Origin: Eutreptiella sp. 'Long Island Sound 2002'
Taxonomy: Eukaryota; Protista; Euglenida
Reading direction: 5' to 3'
DNA: 64,000 nucleotides
NCBI GenBank assembly: GCA_964036045.1
Contig: OZ038378.1
Coordinates: 141,980,001 to 142,044,000, forward strand
How positions within the stretch are numbered: position 1 is the stretch's first letter; every line of letters starts with the position of its first letter. The position numbers were made by a program, and so were the translations under genes. This document shows, one piece after another, positions 28,021 to 38,311 of the stretch. A model generated the notes under the pieces. That model saw only the letters and a list, made by a program, of their open reading frames with translations. It made no database searches and was not told where the DNA came from.

Positions 28021-28330
28021 AGGCCCCTCTAAGTGATGGAGGCTTGCGCAGCAGAGGCTGTTGTTGTAGTGTTGTTGTTGCTCTGTTCAGACAACAGAGG
28101 GGACAGGTATTTTCGAAAACTACCCTTTTCCGGATTTTTGGTGGCCAGTTTTTTCGACACGCACGCCAGCACAGTTTTTTTTTGGGGTTTTTTCGGGTTG
28201 TTTTATATATTTTACAAAATCGTTCTCCCACGCACCCATCTTGTACAGGTCCATCGGTGCACGGTCCATCCAGAACGGAATGATGCGCCTCCGGGTAAGA
28301 GGGCTACGGGGCCTGCGTGTATACCGTCCC

Positions 28331-29045
<715 letters not shown>

Positions 29046-29600
29046 GTGCATCCGTTACTACCTACTGTGGACTGAGGTCTCTACAATCCTCGGGAGGGCG
29101 GTGGGCAGAGAGGGAGTACAGTTTCCGTCTCTGACCTATGGGATAACATTCTTCACATGTATTCGTCTATTAGTTCACACGGTGCTGGGCTGGGCTGGGC
29201 TGAGGGTGAACTGACGTGATGCCGTCGTGTGACGAGCTGGTTCTGCAAGAGGCAGAGCCTGGCTTTCCGTTTCCTGTAGGTTCCGTGGACGATGTTGTGC
29301 GCCTCTCCCTGCAGAAAAGACTGGCTTTGGACATGCTTTGTCTTGTTTGATGACCAGCTGACGAGGAATTGACATCCGGACTTGGCATTGTGCTCGTCTG
29401 CTTGTTGACAACCGTGTGTGTGTGTGTGATGCTGGGCTGGGCTTTGCTGGGCTGAGCTGGGCTGGCCTGGGACGTGCAGAGCCAATTCTGACCCTACGAA
29501 CAGTGCCAGTGTTGTCCACAAGGCAGTACTGCATGTTGCGTTCGTCATGGCTGTCGCCGGAGCGAGCTGCCGCCGGGCATCCTATTTCCTGCTCCCCCTA

Positions 29601-29664
29601 CAGAAAGGCCCTTAGTGTGTATCATGCACTACTTTTGTGGCCTGCCATGACGCGCGCCTGACGA
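29601..29664 (+). ncRNA. Candidate permuted (type II order) hammerhead-like motif
   Basis: GAAA-ggccct-TA, then stem I gtgtgtatcatg/catgacgcgcgc (11 of 12 pairs including GU), then CTGACGA. Stem II is not canonical. Confidence 0.45.
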
Positions 29665-29710
29665 GAATCTTTGCACTCAGCGCCTTCATAGTGCCTGTTT
29701 GTCACGTTCA

Positions 29711-29744
<34 letters not shown>

Positions 29745-29849
29745 TTGTTTTTGCTGGCCTGACGAGCTGAAGCTGTCCAGTGCAGGGGCCTGTTTGCCTC
29801 CAGGGTTGTTGTGTTGGATCCATTGCATAGTGTGTGTGTGCCTGGTGGT

Positions 29850-31620
29850 GAACACGATGGGTGATGTCCGTGTGTCCTGTGGCCACCTGGCTGTAGTACC
29901 CCTTCACGCACACGACACGCACGGTCGTGAGCTTAGACCGAGAGACCCCCTCCCAATCAATGGGCTCCATGCCCGGTCCATTGCATGCAAGAGAATTGCG
30001 GCAATTGCCAAACAGATTGGAGGGAACACTCCTGATCTTCTGACTGCACTTCCCTGTAGTCTATTTCCTGAGACAGGAAATGACCTTAAGAGGGCGCAAA
30101 GCATGGCTAGGGCTGTCACGGGACAATTGTATGTTCGTATTGTTGATAAAGGGGCGGGACTCATGTGGGGATTTTGTGCTGCATGGGTTTGGGACACAGT
30201 CCGCAAATTTCTTATTAAAGAAGGCTATGAACAAACTGCACTTACCCCGGGTGACATTCTGAATACTCTGCATGGGGTGGTGGCGCATAATGGGTGGCGG
30301 GAGAACAAGAACACAAAGATGTGCCGGCTGTACCTTATGGTAAAGCCAAAAGTCTCTTGAGGCCAGAATGGCTATGGAGGCCAATAGCTGCGAATCCCTA
30401 GCCCCTCATTGATAGCCAAACCCTTACTGTTGCTGCAAGAGCCTTCACCTGCTTCCTCCGATTTCTCATTGCTGAAATTCCCATGTCCTTCATGATTCTA
30501 AAAGTTACAGACGCTGCACCCTGGTTTACCTGGACAGCGTCACTAGGCCTCAATGTGCTGTGTGAACTAGACTGCAAAGAGCAATTTAACAAAGTGCGAC
30601 CCGAATGGATCACAGATCACATGAATAATGCGAGTTCACGGCTGGGGGCGCGCAAGCGCTGGCGTGGTACCACCCTCATGTGGTGTGTGCACTATGATCA
30701 CAAAAAACTTGACAGAGCGGGGCAGGCTAGTGGGCAGGGTTTCTGCTGCATAGCGCATGACACCTTATTGGATCAGGTCAGCTTCGACCTCATGCGAAAT
30801 AATTACTGTGCCGCGGCAGGGTCTGCCCGGGTACTCCGTGGCTGCATCCCGATGGGGGGCCCGTTTAGTTCGCAAAGTGCTGACCTTCACTGCGTCTGGG
30901 GGCGTACAGAACAGAAACATGTTTCGTGACGTGGGCCAGCTCATTATTTCAGAATCCGGATACGCCTACTGGGTCAGGGAATGGACCATTGCCCTGCGTC
31001 AATTTAGAGACAACATTCTCATGGCAACAGATGCATCTGAAAAGGACCGGGGCAGGGTGGTAGAGCTGGTCAAGGGAGTGCTCCGGCGGGCATGGGGATT
31101 GCCAGTCGTATGCCCATGCATTACAGCTGAAAACCCGCAGTGCCAAGGAGCATGATGTGGCCAGGTATGCAAAGCAATGGGAGTAGTTTTTGTTAAGGAT
31201 GAACAGGAGAATGGGATGGCGTTCGCTGAGCCATGTGCACTCACTGAGTACTGGACCCTCCGCCTAGCAGAACCCCTTCCGACCCCAGCATGTGCGTATC
31301 CAGGGAACCTCGATGCAATTTTCACGGGAGTGCTCAAAAATGGACTACCATTCACCGAAAGCTGGGCACGGCAAATTTTAAGCGCAGCACCATGGCTCCA
31401 AGTTGCCAGACTGTCAGGGTACTCTCGGGCAGAAGCAATGAGAGCAATGCACAAAGGCCTACATCGATCATATGCTACATCCCCCCACAACATTCAGGCC
31501 ACAATCAAGGCTGTTTACAATCTATCGTACAGGCTACCATGCACAAGAGCCCGGGCAGCACAACACGTTCTCCACTGGATTCAAAAACACGCATACTGGG
31601 ATGGGGTAAAACACAGCTAG
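29850..31620 (+). pseudogene. Frameshifted PLE-type reverse transcriptase
   Basis: ORF pieces 29713-30360, 30483-30929, 30757-31155 and 31177-31620 are colinear with the RT-containing part of the intact ORF2. Confidence 0.85.
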
Positions 31621-32082
31621 CGTCTAACAAAATCGGTGGGACTGAGTGATATCACTGGTGTCTGGGAGGATCATTGCGGGTGCCTGCGAGTGCTCACAGA
31701 ATCAATATGAAGGCTGTGTGTGTGTATCACCCCGGTGACGGGGCGACCTGATTGCATTTCTTCCTCATCCTTGAATGTAACTACCCCCGAATGTACCAAA
31801 AATGCTCAATGGTTTGGTGACGTCCTCTTGTCCTGGGCCGAGGAGGGGAGCAGGCAGAAATGATGGCTTAGCCCAGAGCCTGTGCAGCAGCAACGGATCG
31901 AGTTGCCTGGTGGTACCCCTGCCGTAGTGCTAGATGGAGGGACAGATGAGGGGCTGGGCTGGGCTGGGTGCTGCCAGGCGGCTTGCACATGGCTGTATCC
32001 TACAGGCCTGTGTACCGGCGGCGCTGGCAGTGGTGCTGAACATGGGCGGGTCCCAACCCTCATCTCCATATGTCTTGTACTA

Positions 32083-32143
32083 CAGAAAGGCGCCTAGCGC
32101 AGCCAGACAATGGCCATGCTCTTGTGCTGACTGTGCCTGACGA
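32083..32143 (+). ncRNA. Candidate permuted hammerhead-like motif
   Basis: GAAA, palindromic AGGCGCCT, H17=A, stem I gcgcagccag/ctgactgtgc (9 of 10 pairs), then CTGACGA. Confidence 0.5.
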
Positions 32144-32209
32144 GAATCTGTGCAAACAGGCCTTCTTGACTGCTGCCCGCGTCTTGGCTGATGCCCGTTT
32201 GTTGCGTAT

Positions 32210-32302
<93 letters not shown>

Positions 32303-32305
<3 letters not shown>

Positions 32306-32620
32306 CGGCGGGTTACACCCGTCTCCAGCTAAGTACCTCCAGAGTAGACATGTAAGTAGCGCTGCGGTTTTCAACAGATCATACAATCATTGGCTAGACA
32401 GGGCCGGACAGTGGGCAGGGTCTGTAGTGATCAGCGCACAATGCACTGTGAGAACAAACTCCTCCTCACCGTCACTCCTGTCTCAGAAAGGACCTTGCCT
32501 ACCTTTTTGTTAATGGCCTGATGAAATTGTCTCGGTGACCAGTGCTCTGCCTTCGCTTGCTTTCGTCTTCACTGACGTCGTGCCCCGCGTTTGGTCCCCA
32601 CTGGTTTTCCCGCACGAAGT
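32303..32620 (+). repeat. 5' direct repeat (pseudo-LTR)
   Basis: gagcggcgggttacacccg...cccgcacgaagt, near-identical to 38312-38628. Confidence 0.95.
32484..32524 (+). ncRNA. Candidate permuted hammerhead-like motif in the 5' repeat (second copy at 38492-38532)
   Basis: GAAA-ggacct-T, a 3-bp stem I (gcc/ggc), then CTGATGA. Weaker than the other two. Confidence 0.35.
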
Positions 32621-32747
32621 GTGTGGTCTGCTGTTGGCACGCCCCCCAGTGTCCGTTCGGCAGTTTGCGTTTTGTTGAAGACATCTCCACGCTTGGCGCT
32701 GCTTTGTCTACTCTACTAATCTTGTTTCTGTATCCTCCGACCCTCTC

Positions 32748-34154
32748 ATGGCCGACCCCCCTATTATCTGCCGCCGATGTCACAAAGGCGGGCACCATGC
32801 CTCTGCCTGTCCAGAAGCTAGCACTGGCAATCGCTTGGAGCGAGGAGGCCGCGGCCCTCCACCATCAAAGTGCTGGACCTGTGAGCTGATCGATGGCGCT
32901 GATGCAAACCACTGGGGAGATGAGTGTCCAGTAGCCGCGCAGCGACTGAAGGATCGCCAATGCACCCTATGTGGTTCGCGAGACCACTGGAAAAAAGGAT
33001 GCCCCAGATACGAAGCAGACAAACATAAGGCCCGCAACCCCACAACCACCTACTGGCCCACCGGTCCCAAGCGATCAGCAATCTCATGGTGCCTGCGCTG
33101 CGGAGTCAAAGGGGAACACCCCACAATGGATTGCACAGCCGCCGGTCCCCCAATCATCCTGCCTGACGCCTCCGATGCCGACGATCTGCAAGATGTCTGC
33201 CTCTGGTGCTCCATTAAAGGCCACTCCCATCAATCCTGCATGCGCCGAGCTCCAATCCAGGCAAAAGAAAATGCTACAGCTATTGCGGGTCTGACAGATC
33301 GCGTGGATGCCCTACAACAATCCGTCACAGACTGCAATGCCTTGTCAGGAAAGGTGTCCACATTGGAGGGACAGATGTCCAGTTTAATGACCTGGAAGTC
33401 AGCTACAGAGGGCCGCTTGACAGTTTTGGAGTCCTGGCAGTCCTCTGCCAACAATAAATTCGTCGCCCGGTCCAGCTTTGATGCATTCGTGGAAGAAAAA
33501 TTCACGCCGACGCAACGACAGGCCGCTACAGCAGTAGCAACATCGACCTTCGATGAATTCGTCAACACGCGCTTCCTCCCAACTGAGCAACAGGCCTCGG
33601 CATCTCTTCCAGCGGAATCGTTCAACGACTATGTCATGAGAATGGAACATGCGGGGTTCAAACCAGCTGACGAGGACACACCAATGTCAACGGCTCGGCT
33701 CACGGGGGCCCCACGCATAGCTTCAGAGTCACAGGAGATCGGTAGCCCAGGGCAAACGGCAAAGGAAAGAGCGGCAAAGCGTGCCCACACTCCGTCTGGC
33801 GCCGGCGGTGCAAGCTCCTCGTCTTCAGTGTTCGCCACGCCGGCCTCCCGTATGCAGGCAGGGGCAGCTGCGTTTGGTGGAGTCTCACCTCCGAGTGCGC
33901 CGTGGCTAGCGCTGAAACCTACAGAAAGCTCTCAGTGGTCAGAAGACGCCCTTGACCTGCTATTCAGCGAATGGACAGCCCATATGGACTCCAGATTGCA
34001 GCAGTGGGCGTCCAAGCATCTCCAGGGTGAAATGAAGAGCACGGTGGAAACCCTGGCCCGTGATACGTGGTCACCAGAGAAGAAGCGTGGCATCTCTGCA
34101 GTGCTGACAACATCTCGAGTTCCAGTGCGCCTGTTCACCAATTTAAATCGGTAG
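32748..34154 (+). CDS. ORF1, Gag-like nucleic-acid-binding protein (468 aa)
   Basis: Zinc knuckles CRRCHKGGHHASAC, CWTC..HWGDEC, CTLCGSRDHWKKGC, CLRCGVKGEHPTMDC and CLWCSIKGHSHQSC, followed by the heptad-like segment IAGLTDRVDALQQSV...LEGQMSSL. Confidence 0.85.
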   Translation: MADPPIICRRCHKGGHHASACPEASTGNRLERGGRGPPPSKCWTCELIDGADANHWGDECPVAAQRLKDRQCTLCGSRDHWKKGCPRYEADKHKARNPTTTYWPTGPKRSAISWCLRCGVKGEHPTMDCTAAGPPIILPDASDADDLQDVCLWCSIKGHSHQSCMRRAPIQAKENATAIAGLTDRVDALQQSVTDCNALSGKVSTLEGQMSSLMTWKSATEGRLTVLESWQSSANNKFVARSSFDAFVEEKFTPTQRQAATAVATSTFDEFVNTRFLPTEQQASASLPAESFNDYVMRMEHAGFKPADEDTPMSTARLTGAPRIASESQEIGSPGQTAKERAAKRAHTPSGAGGASSSSSVFATPASRMQAGAAAFGGVSPPSAPWLALKPTESSQWSEDALDLLFSEWTAHMDSRLQQWASKHLQGEMKSTVETLARDTWSPEKKRGISAVLTTSRVPVRLFTNLNR

Positions 34155-34222
34155 GGGAGGGGGGAGATCATATTCTGTTTCGGGCGTCCTCACCCCCGCA
34201 GACATGCAGTGATGGCCCCCCC
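34142..34222 (+). promoter_or_regulatory. Candidate -1 programmed ribosomal frameshift signal
   Basis: T TTA AAT (34142-48) is in the ORF1 frame, one codon before the TAG. A 5-nt spacer precedes a GC-rich stem (34154-61 with 34187-95), and a second pairing is possible (34182-85 with 34215-18). ORF2 is in the -1 frame. Confidence 0.7.
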
Positions 34223-37200
34223 GTAGACAGTCTGGTCAGCACCATGCTCTCCCTCCAGTGGATACGGCAAAAAATGGGTCTCGCCTCTTACATAGTCCAG
34301 CAAACATCAGAGTTCGTCTCCCATCTGGACACCCACACATACTATCCGATGGACATGACACACACCGGTGATCCGATCCACAACACACGTAACCGTATCA
34401 ACGCCCTATCCCATTGTGACTCCCAAAGCAGTGAGCGTGCCTTATGTGACAAACGACACACCGACAACGTAGCCGGACAGTGGGCACATGCTTCGCCTCC
34501 GCCCCCCCTGCAGGCACAACCATTCAGAGATATACAGTGTTCCAAGGTGCCTGGGTGGGTTTTCCGCAGAGTATGCCACACCCTGTCCGCGGTCAGTGGA
34601 TGGTCCACACCACACGGGTGGCGTACAGCATGTCACATCCAATGGGACAACCCAGCGACACGGCAGATACACTCCTCCTCCTCCCCCCACGTCCTGACAT
34701 CTTGGGACGAATGCAACTCCGTACTCCCTCTGCCCTCCCCCCTCCCTGACCCCCTGCAACACCTGTGGATTTGGGCCCCAGCATCTGAGGTCCCAGCGGT
34801 GCAATACCACTTCCCCCAAATGTCCACTGTGGGTTGGTTCAGCACTTCACAGCCTATTCACCTCATGACCTCGTCCAGTGCCCTGGATGCATGTGACAGC
34901 ATCCAAATACACCGTCTGCACATGTTGTTGTCGCATGAAGGATCGAGCCTCTTGGTCCACCAACCCCCACCCCAGAGCACCAATGTCCTCAGAGCTCTAT
35001 GTATCCAGATGTCACGAGCCCTGTCGGATAAAAATCTTGGTAGATGGGCAGCACTCCACCAACTAAGGATATCCTACCTTCCGTACAACACGCATGCAGC
35101 GCTCAGGATGGCTCGCAGGTTGAGCCACGTCCACGTCTGGTACACTCATGTAACACCCCCCCAGTACGCAGTATACTTAGTATTCCATATATATCTCCAC
35201 CTTGTGTATGTGGGCGTCACAAGCAAAGCACTGATCGTTCGCCTCCGGAAACACCAAACAGACGCATCGAGTTTCCAAGATTGCTCTACACTCCACCGGT
35301 TAATGTTGCAAACGGACAGTGCCCACTGGGGGATCATCCCCCTGCAATTCATGAGTGATGAGTGGTACGCCAGCGTCAGGGAGCGACACTGGTGGTTTGT
35401 GTTCAAAAAATGGGCCTGCAACGATGTTGCGCCAGGCATTAGCACCGAGGGGCAAGGGTCGGGACCACGGGGATGGCTGAACCAACGAGTCCTGCAAGTC
35501 CTGCACAGCATGAAAGTGGCCCGACAGATAAAGGATTTCCCGCGACTTAAATTTCTGCAGCAGGACCTTCACAGTCTGGCCTCGCAGATGAGTGTACCAC
35601 TGTACTCCGTAGGCAGTATCATCGTCCCGAATCTGCAGCCATCTCAGAAAAGTGCTATTCACAGAGTCACCCGAAAAATGATTGCTTCTGTTGCCAGCGC
35701 CGCATGGGAAAAACAGGCCCTGTCTAAGGCCATACGAGTCGTCCGCAGTAGCCCGGTAAACGTCCGCCGCGTTTTTGAGCAACACGCTCGGCGATTCGAT
35801 AAGTTAGGCGACCAGCCCCCATGCAAGTGTCTCACATCACCAAAATTCCCGGGGGTCTCCACAGTCATCGATGGGCACATAGCGTACACACCACTGTGGG
35901 TACCTACCTCAGACACCTATGCCCGACCCAACGACCCCCTACCCCTCAGAGGCTCCTCCGTCCACTCCCAACTCCTCTTTGACCTGAAAAAGATGGCGGA
36001 TCAAATCGGTGCAAGTCTTCCACCCCTCGAACTGATGCTCCCAGACTCCCTGTGGCCAGAGACGGGCCACAAGCTTACACAAGTCACGAAATTTGCCAAG
36101 TCGGTCTGTCAGTCCCATTATGTCCGCATCGTCGACAAGGGGGTGGGAGTCCTATGGGCGTTCTGCCGCCACTGGGTATGGGGCATCATCCAACAGTTCC
36201 TGAAGAGCGAAGGCTACACCCCGTCCCCTAAAACTTTGCCCCAGGCCATGGCCTTCGTCTCTGCAGAGCTCGACGCCAGAGGCTGGGACCGCAACACGGC
36301 CGGTCAACTTCCCCTCCTCTATCTCCTGGGCAAATTCAAATCACTGGCTAAGGGTAAATGGCTCTGGCGCGGCATTACCTCCCTCCCCCAACCCCTGCTA
36401 CCCAAAAAATCGCTGCGCATTGCCGCACGCGCCAACACAGCCTTCCTCCGACTCCTGTGCCAAGAAGTCCCCTGCTGTTTTCTAGCTCAGAGCATCTCAG
36501 AAGTAAGCCAATGGTTCCACTGGTTAGACACCATAAACGCCCGGTTCATCAGTGAGGTGGATTGCAAGGACCAATTCAATAATATATGCCCCACTGACAT
36601 AGAATCCCACCTGACGGCAGCCAGCAAGTGGCTCGCCAAACGCCGCAAGTGGCGCATGACAGATATTGAGTGGTCCATTCACAAAGACTCCAAAATGCTC
36701 GACAGAGCGGGACGTGCAAAAGCAACGAAATTCTGGTACATCACCCACGCCCAAATGTCAGACACAATCACGTTTGAAATGCACTGCAATAATTTCATCA
36801 GAGCAGTGGGAGGGTTATGGTGCCGCCACGGTTGCATTCCAATGGGCGGTTCTTTTTCAGCCCAGGCAGCCGATCTGCACAGCCTATGGCAGGTATATTC
36901 AAATCGCCACCACCTGCGCCGCCTGGGCTCCCGCACTGTTTCCCAGGCAGGGTTCCCCTACTGGGAGTCCCCGCAGGGGATAACCGCCCTATGTCAATTT
37001 AGAGACAACATCCTGATTGCCACCACCAACCCAGACACCACCTCCCACCCCATCATCTCTACAGTGTGTAACCTGCTTGGCGAGGCATGGAACCTGGATG
37101 TGCTCTGTGAGTGTATGTCAGGGCCAGGGGACCCCTGCAAACATCACTGCCACTCAGCGTCCCTCGGCTTTGACATGATTCGGGGGGAAACGGGTAAAGG

Positions 37201-37744
37201 ACTGGCGTACCTACACCCCAGCGCGCTCTCATCAACTTGGAGTCTGAAGAGTGCACCCCCCCTCCTATCCCCTGCAAGCGCCTATCCTGCTTACCTGCCG
37301 GGTATCATGACGGGCGCTTTGAGCAATGCACGCCCTTGGGCCACGACATGGGCGGGGGGGCTGCTGTCCCTCTCTGCTTGGTTACAGATAGCGCTTCTCA
37401 GCGGGTATGCATTGCCACAGGTCACCAGGGCGGCACACTCGGCGGTCACGCGGGGCCTGTCCACCAGCCCCAACGACCATACAGCCACAACCCGCTACCT
37501 GTACACGGTTTGCCACCTCCTCCCCATGCCACACTGCTGCCACCTCACCTTGTGCGCCGCGTGGCTGCGGCGTCATGCACACTGGGCAGGGGACAGCTAC
37601 AGCAGTTGGCACCTGGACCCATCCCTGTCACCAGACGGAACCACGGGCTTCTGGTGCGGAGACTGGGAAATCCTCCACCTCCACGCCGCCAAAGTTAAAC
37701 CCAGCAACCATGACTGCCCCCCTTGGGAGACCATGTGTGTGTAA
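34142..37744 (+). CDS. ORF2: unknown N-terminal region, GIY-YIG endonuclease and PLE-type reverse transcriptase (~1200 aa)
   Basis: GIY-YIG-like YAVY...VYVGVT...RLRKH...RE...ND at ~35165-35425. RT motifs are IVDKG, EVDCKDQF, GCIPMGGSFS and QFRDNILI. The frame is open from 34067. Confidence 0.9.
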   Translation, partial: FKSVGEGGDHILFRASSPPQTCSDGPPVDSLVSTMLSLQWIRQKMGLASYIVQQTSEFVSHLDTHTYYPMDMTHTGDPIHNTRNRINALSHCDSQSSERALCDKRHTDNVAGQWAHASPPPPLQAQPFRDIQCSKVPGWVFRRVCHTLSAVSGWSTPHGWRTACHIQWDNPATRQIHSSSSPHVLTSWDECNSVLPLPSPLPDPLQHLWIWAPASEVPAVQYHFPQMSTVGWFSTSQPIHLMTSSSALDACDSIQIHRLHMLLSHEGSSLLVHQPPPQSTNVLRALCIQMSRALSDKNLGRWAALHQLRISYLPYNTHAALRMARRLSHVHVWYTHVTPPQYAVYLVFHIYLHLVYVGVTSKALIVRLRKHQTDASSFQDCSTLHRLMLQTDSAHWGIIPLQFMSDEWYASVRERHWWFVFKKWACNDVAPGISTEGQGSGPRGWLNQRVLQVLHSMKVARQIKDFPRLKFLQQDLHSLASQMSVPLYSVGSIIVPNLQPSQKSAIHRVTRKMIASVASAAWEKQALSKAIRVVRSSPVNVRRVFEQHARRFDKLGDQPPCKCLTSPKFPGVSTVIDGHIAYTPLWVPTSDTYARPNDPLPLRGSSVHSQLLFDLKKMADQIGASLPPLELMLPDSLWPETGHKLTQVTKFAKSVCQSHYVRIVDKGVGVLWAFCRHWVWGIIQQFLKSEGYTPSPKTLPQAMAFVSAELDARGWDRNTAGQLPLLYLLGKFKSLAKGKWLWRGITSLPQPLLPKKSLRIAARANTAFLRLLCQEVPCCFLAQSISEVSQWFHWLDTINARFISEVDCKDQFNNICPTDIESHLTAASKWLAKRRKWRMTDIEWSIHKDSKMLDRAGRAKATKFWYITHAQMSDTITFEMHCNNFIRAVGGLWCRHGCIPMGGSFSAQAADLHSLWQVYSNRHHLRRLGSRTVSQAGFPYWESPQGITALCQFRDNILIATTNPDTTSHPIISTVCNLLGEAWNLDVLCECMSGPGDPCKHHCHSASLGFDMIRGETGKGLAYLHPSALSSTWSLKSAPPLLSPASAYPAYLPGIMTGALSNARPWATTWAGGLLSLSAWLQIALLSGYALPQVTRAAHSAVTRGLSTSPNDHTATTRYLYTVCHLLPMPHCCHLTLCAAWLRRHAHWAGDSYSSWHLDPSLSPDGTTGFWCGDWEILHLHAAKVKPSNHDCPPWETMCV

Positions 37745-37784
37745 CCCATGAATGTGCATGTTTGTGCCACAGACATGTAAGAGG

Positions 37785-37856
37785 CCTGGAGTGGACCAGT
37801 GGTCAGCGACATAGACTCGCCAGCCTATAGCGGAGGTTCGAATCCTCCTATCGTCG
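37785..37856 (+). ncRNA. tRNA-like / Pol III-promoter-like segment in the element's 3' region (not a functional tRNA)
   Basis: A box TGGACCAGTGG (37792-802), B box GGTTCGAATCC (37835-45), and a perfect T-arm stem GGAGG/CCTCC. The acceptor stem does not pair. Confidence 0.55.
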
Positions 37857-38311
37857 TAAACGCACCACCACCCCCTACAACAGCACACGCGGCCAGCGGG
37901 TCCACGGACACCGGCATCGGGCGGTGCGCCTCGCTTTTTCAGGCAACCCCCCCAAACCCCCGGCCCCCTACACGCGCCGCAAAAAACGCACCACCGCCCC
38001 CTCCGGCAGCGCGCGCCGCTTGCGCGTCTTGAACCCCGGCAGCGTGGCGAGGGGGGTGCATTCGCTGCAGCCGGGCACCTGCAGCGAGTCTTCTCTTCGG
38101 CAGTGCAGCCACGCGCACAGCGGGAATCGAACCGGCGCCTTCACGGCACGAGCCCGGCGATTCTACCCCTGGGGTAGCACACACCACAGCCACAAAAAGC
38201 ACCATGCACACATACCAACACAGCGACACCCCACGATGTGCGCCACAAAGCGACAGCGAAATGCGTCGGATTCACTGACCATGACGGGCCCCTTGGAGTC
38301 TGTGTGTGTGT

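Larger units (their letters stand above)
29168..32210 (+). mobile_element. Decayed, 5'-truncated Penelope-like element(s) related to the intact one, with three paralogous (GCTGG)-rich 3' modules each ending in (TG)n
   Basis: RT fragments align with intact ORF2 (YVRIVDKG, DCKEQF, GCIPMGG, QFRDNIL). The modules lie at ~29168-29420, 29430-29712 and 31950-32210. Confidence 0.8.

Noticed and set aside
29313-29383. Fifth cagaaa...ctgacga module
   Set aside because: There is no valid UH cleavage triplet next to the stem. It is a degenerate paralog.
37785-37856. Functional tRNA gene (also 62660-62735)
   Set aside because: The acceptor stem does not pair and the anticodon arm is irregular.
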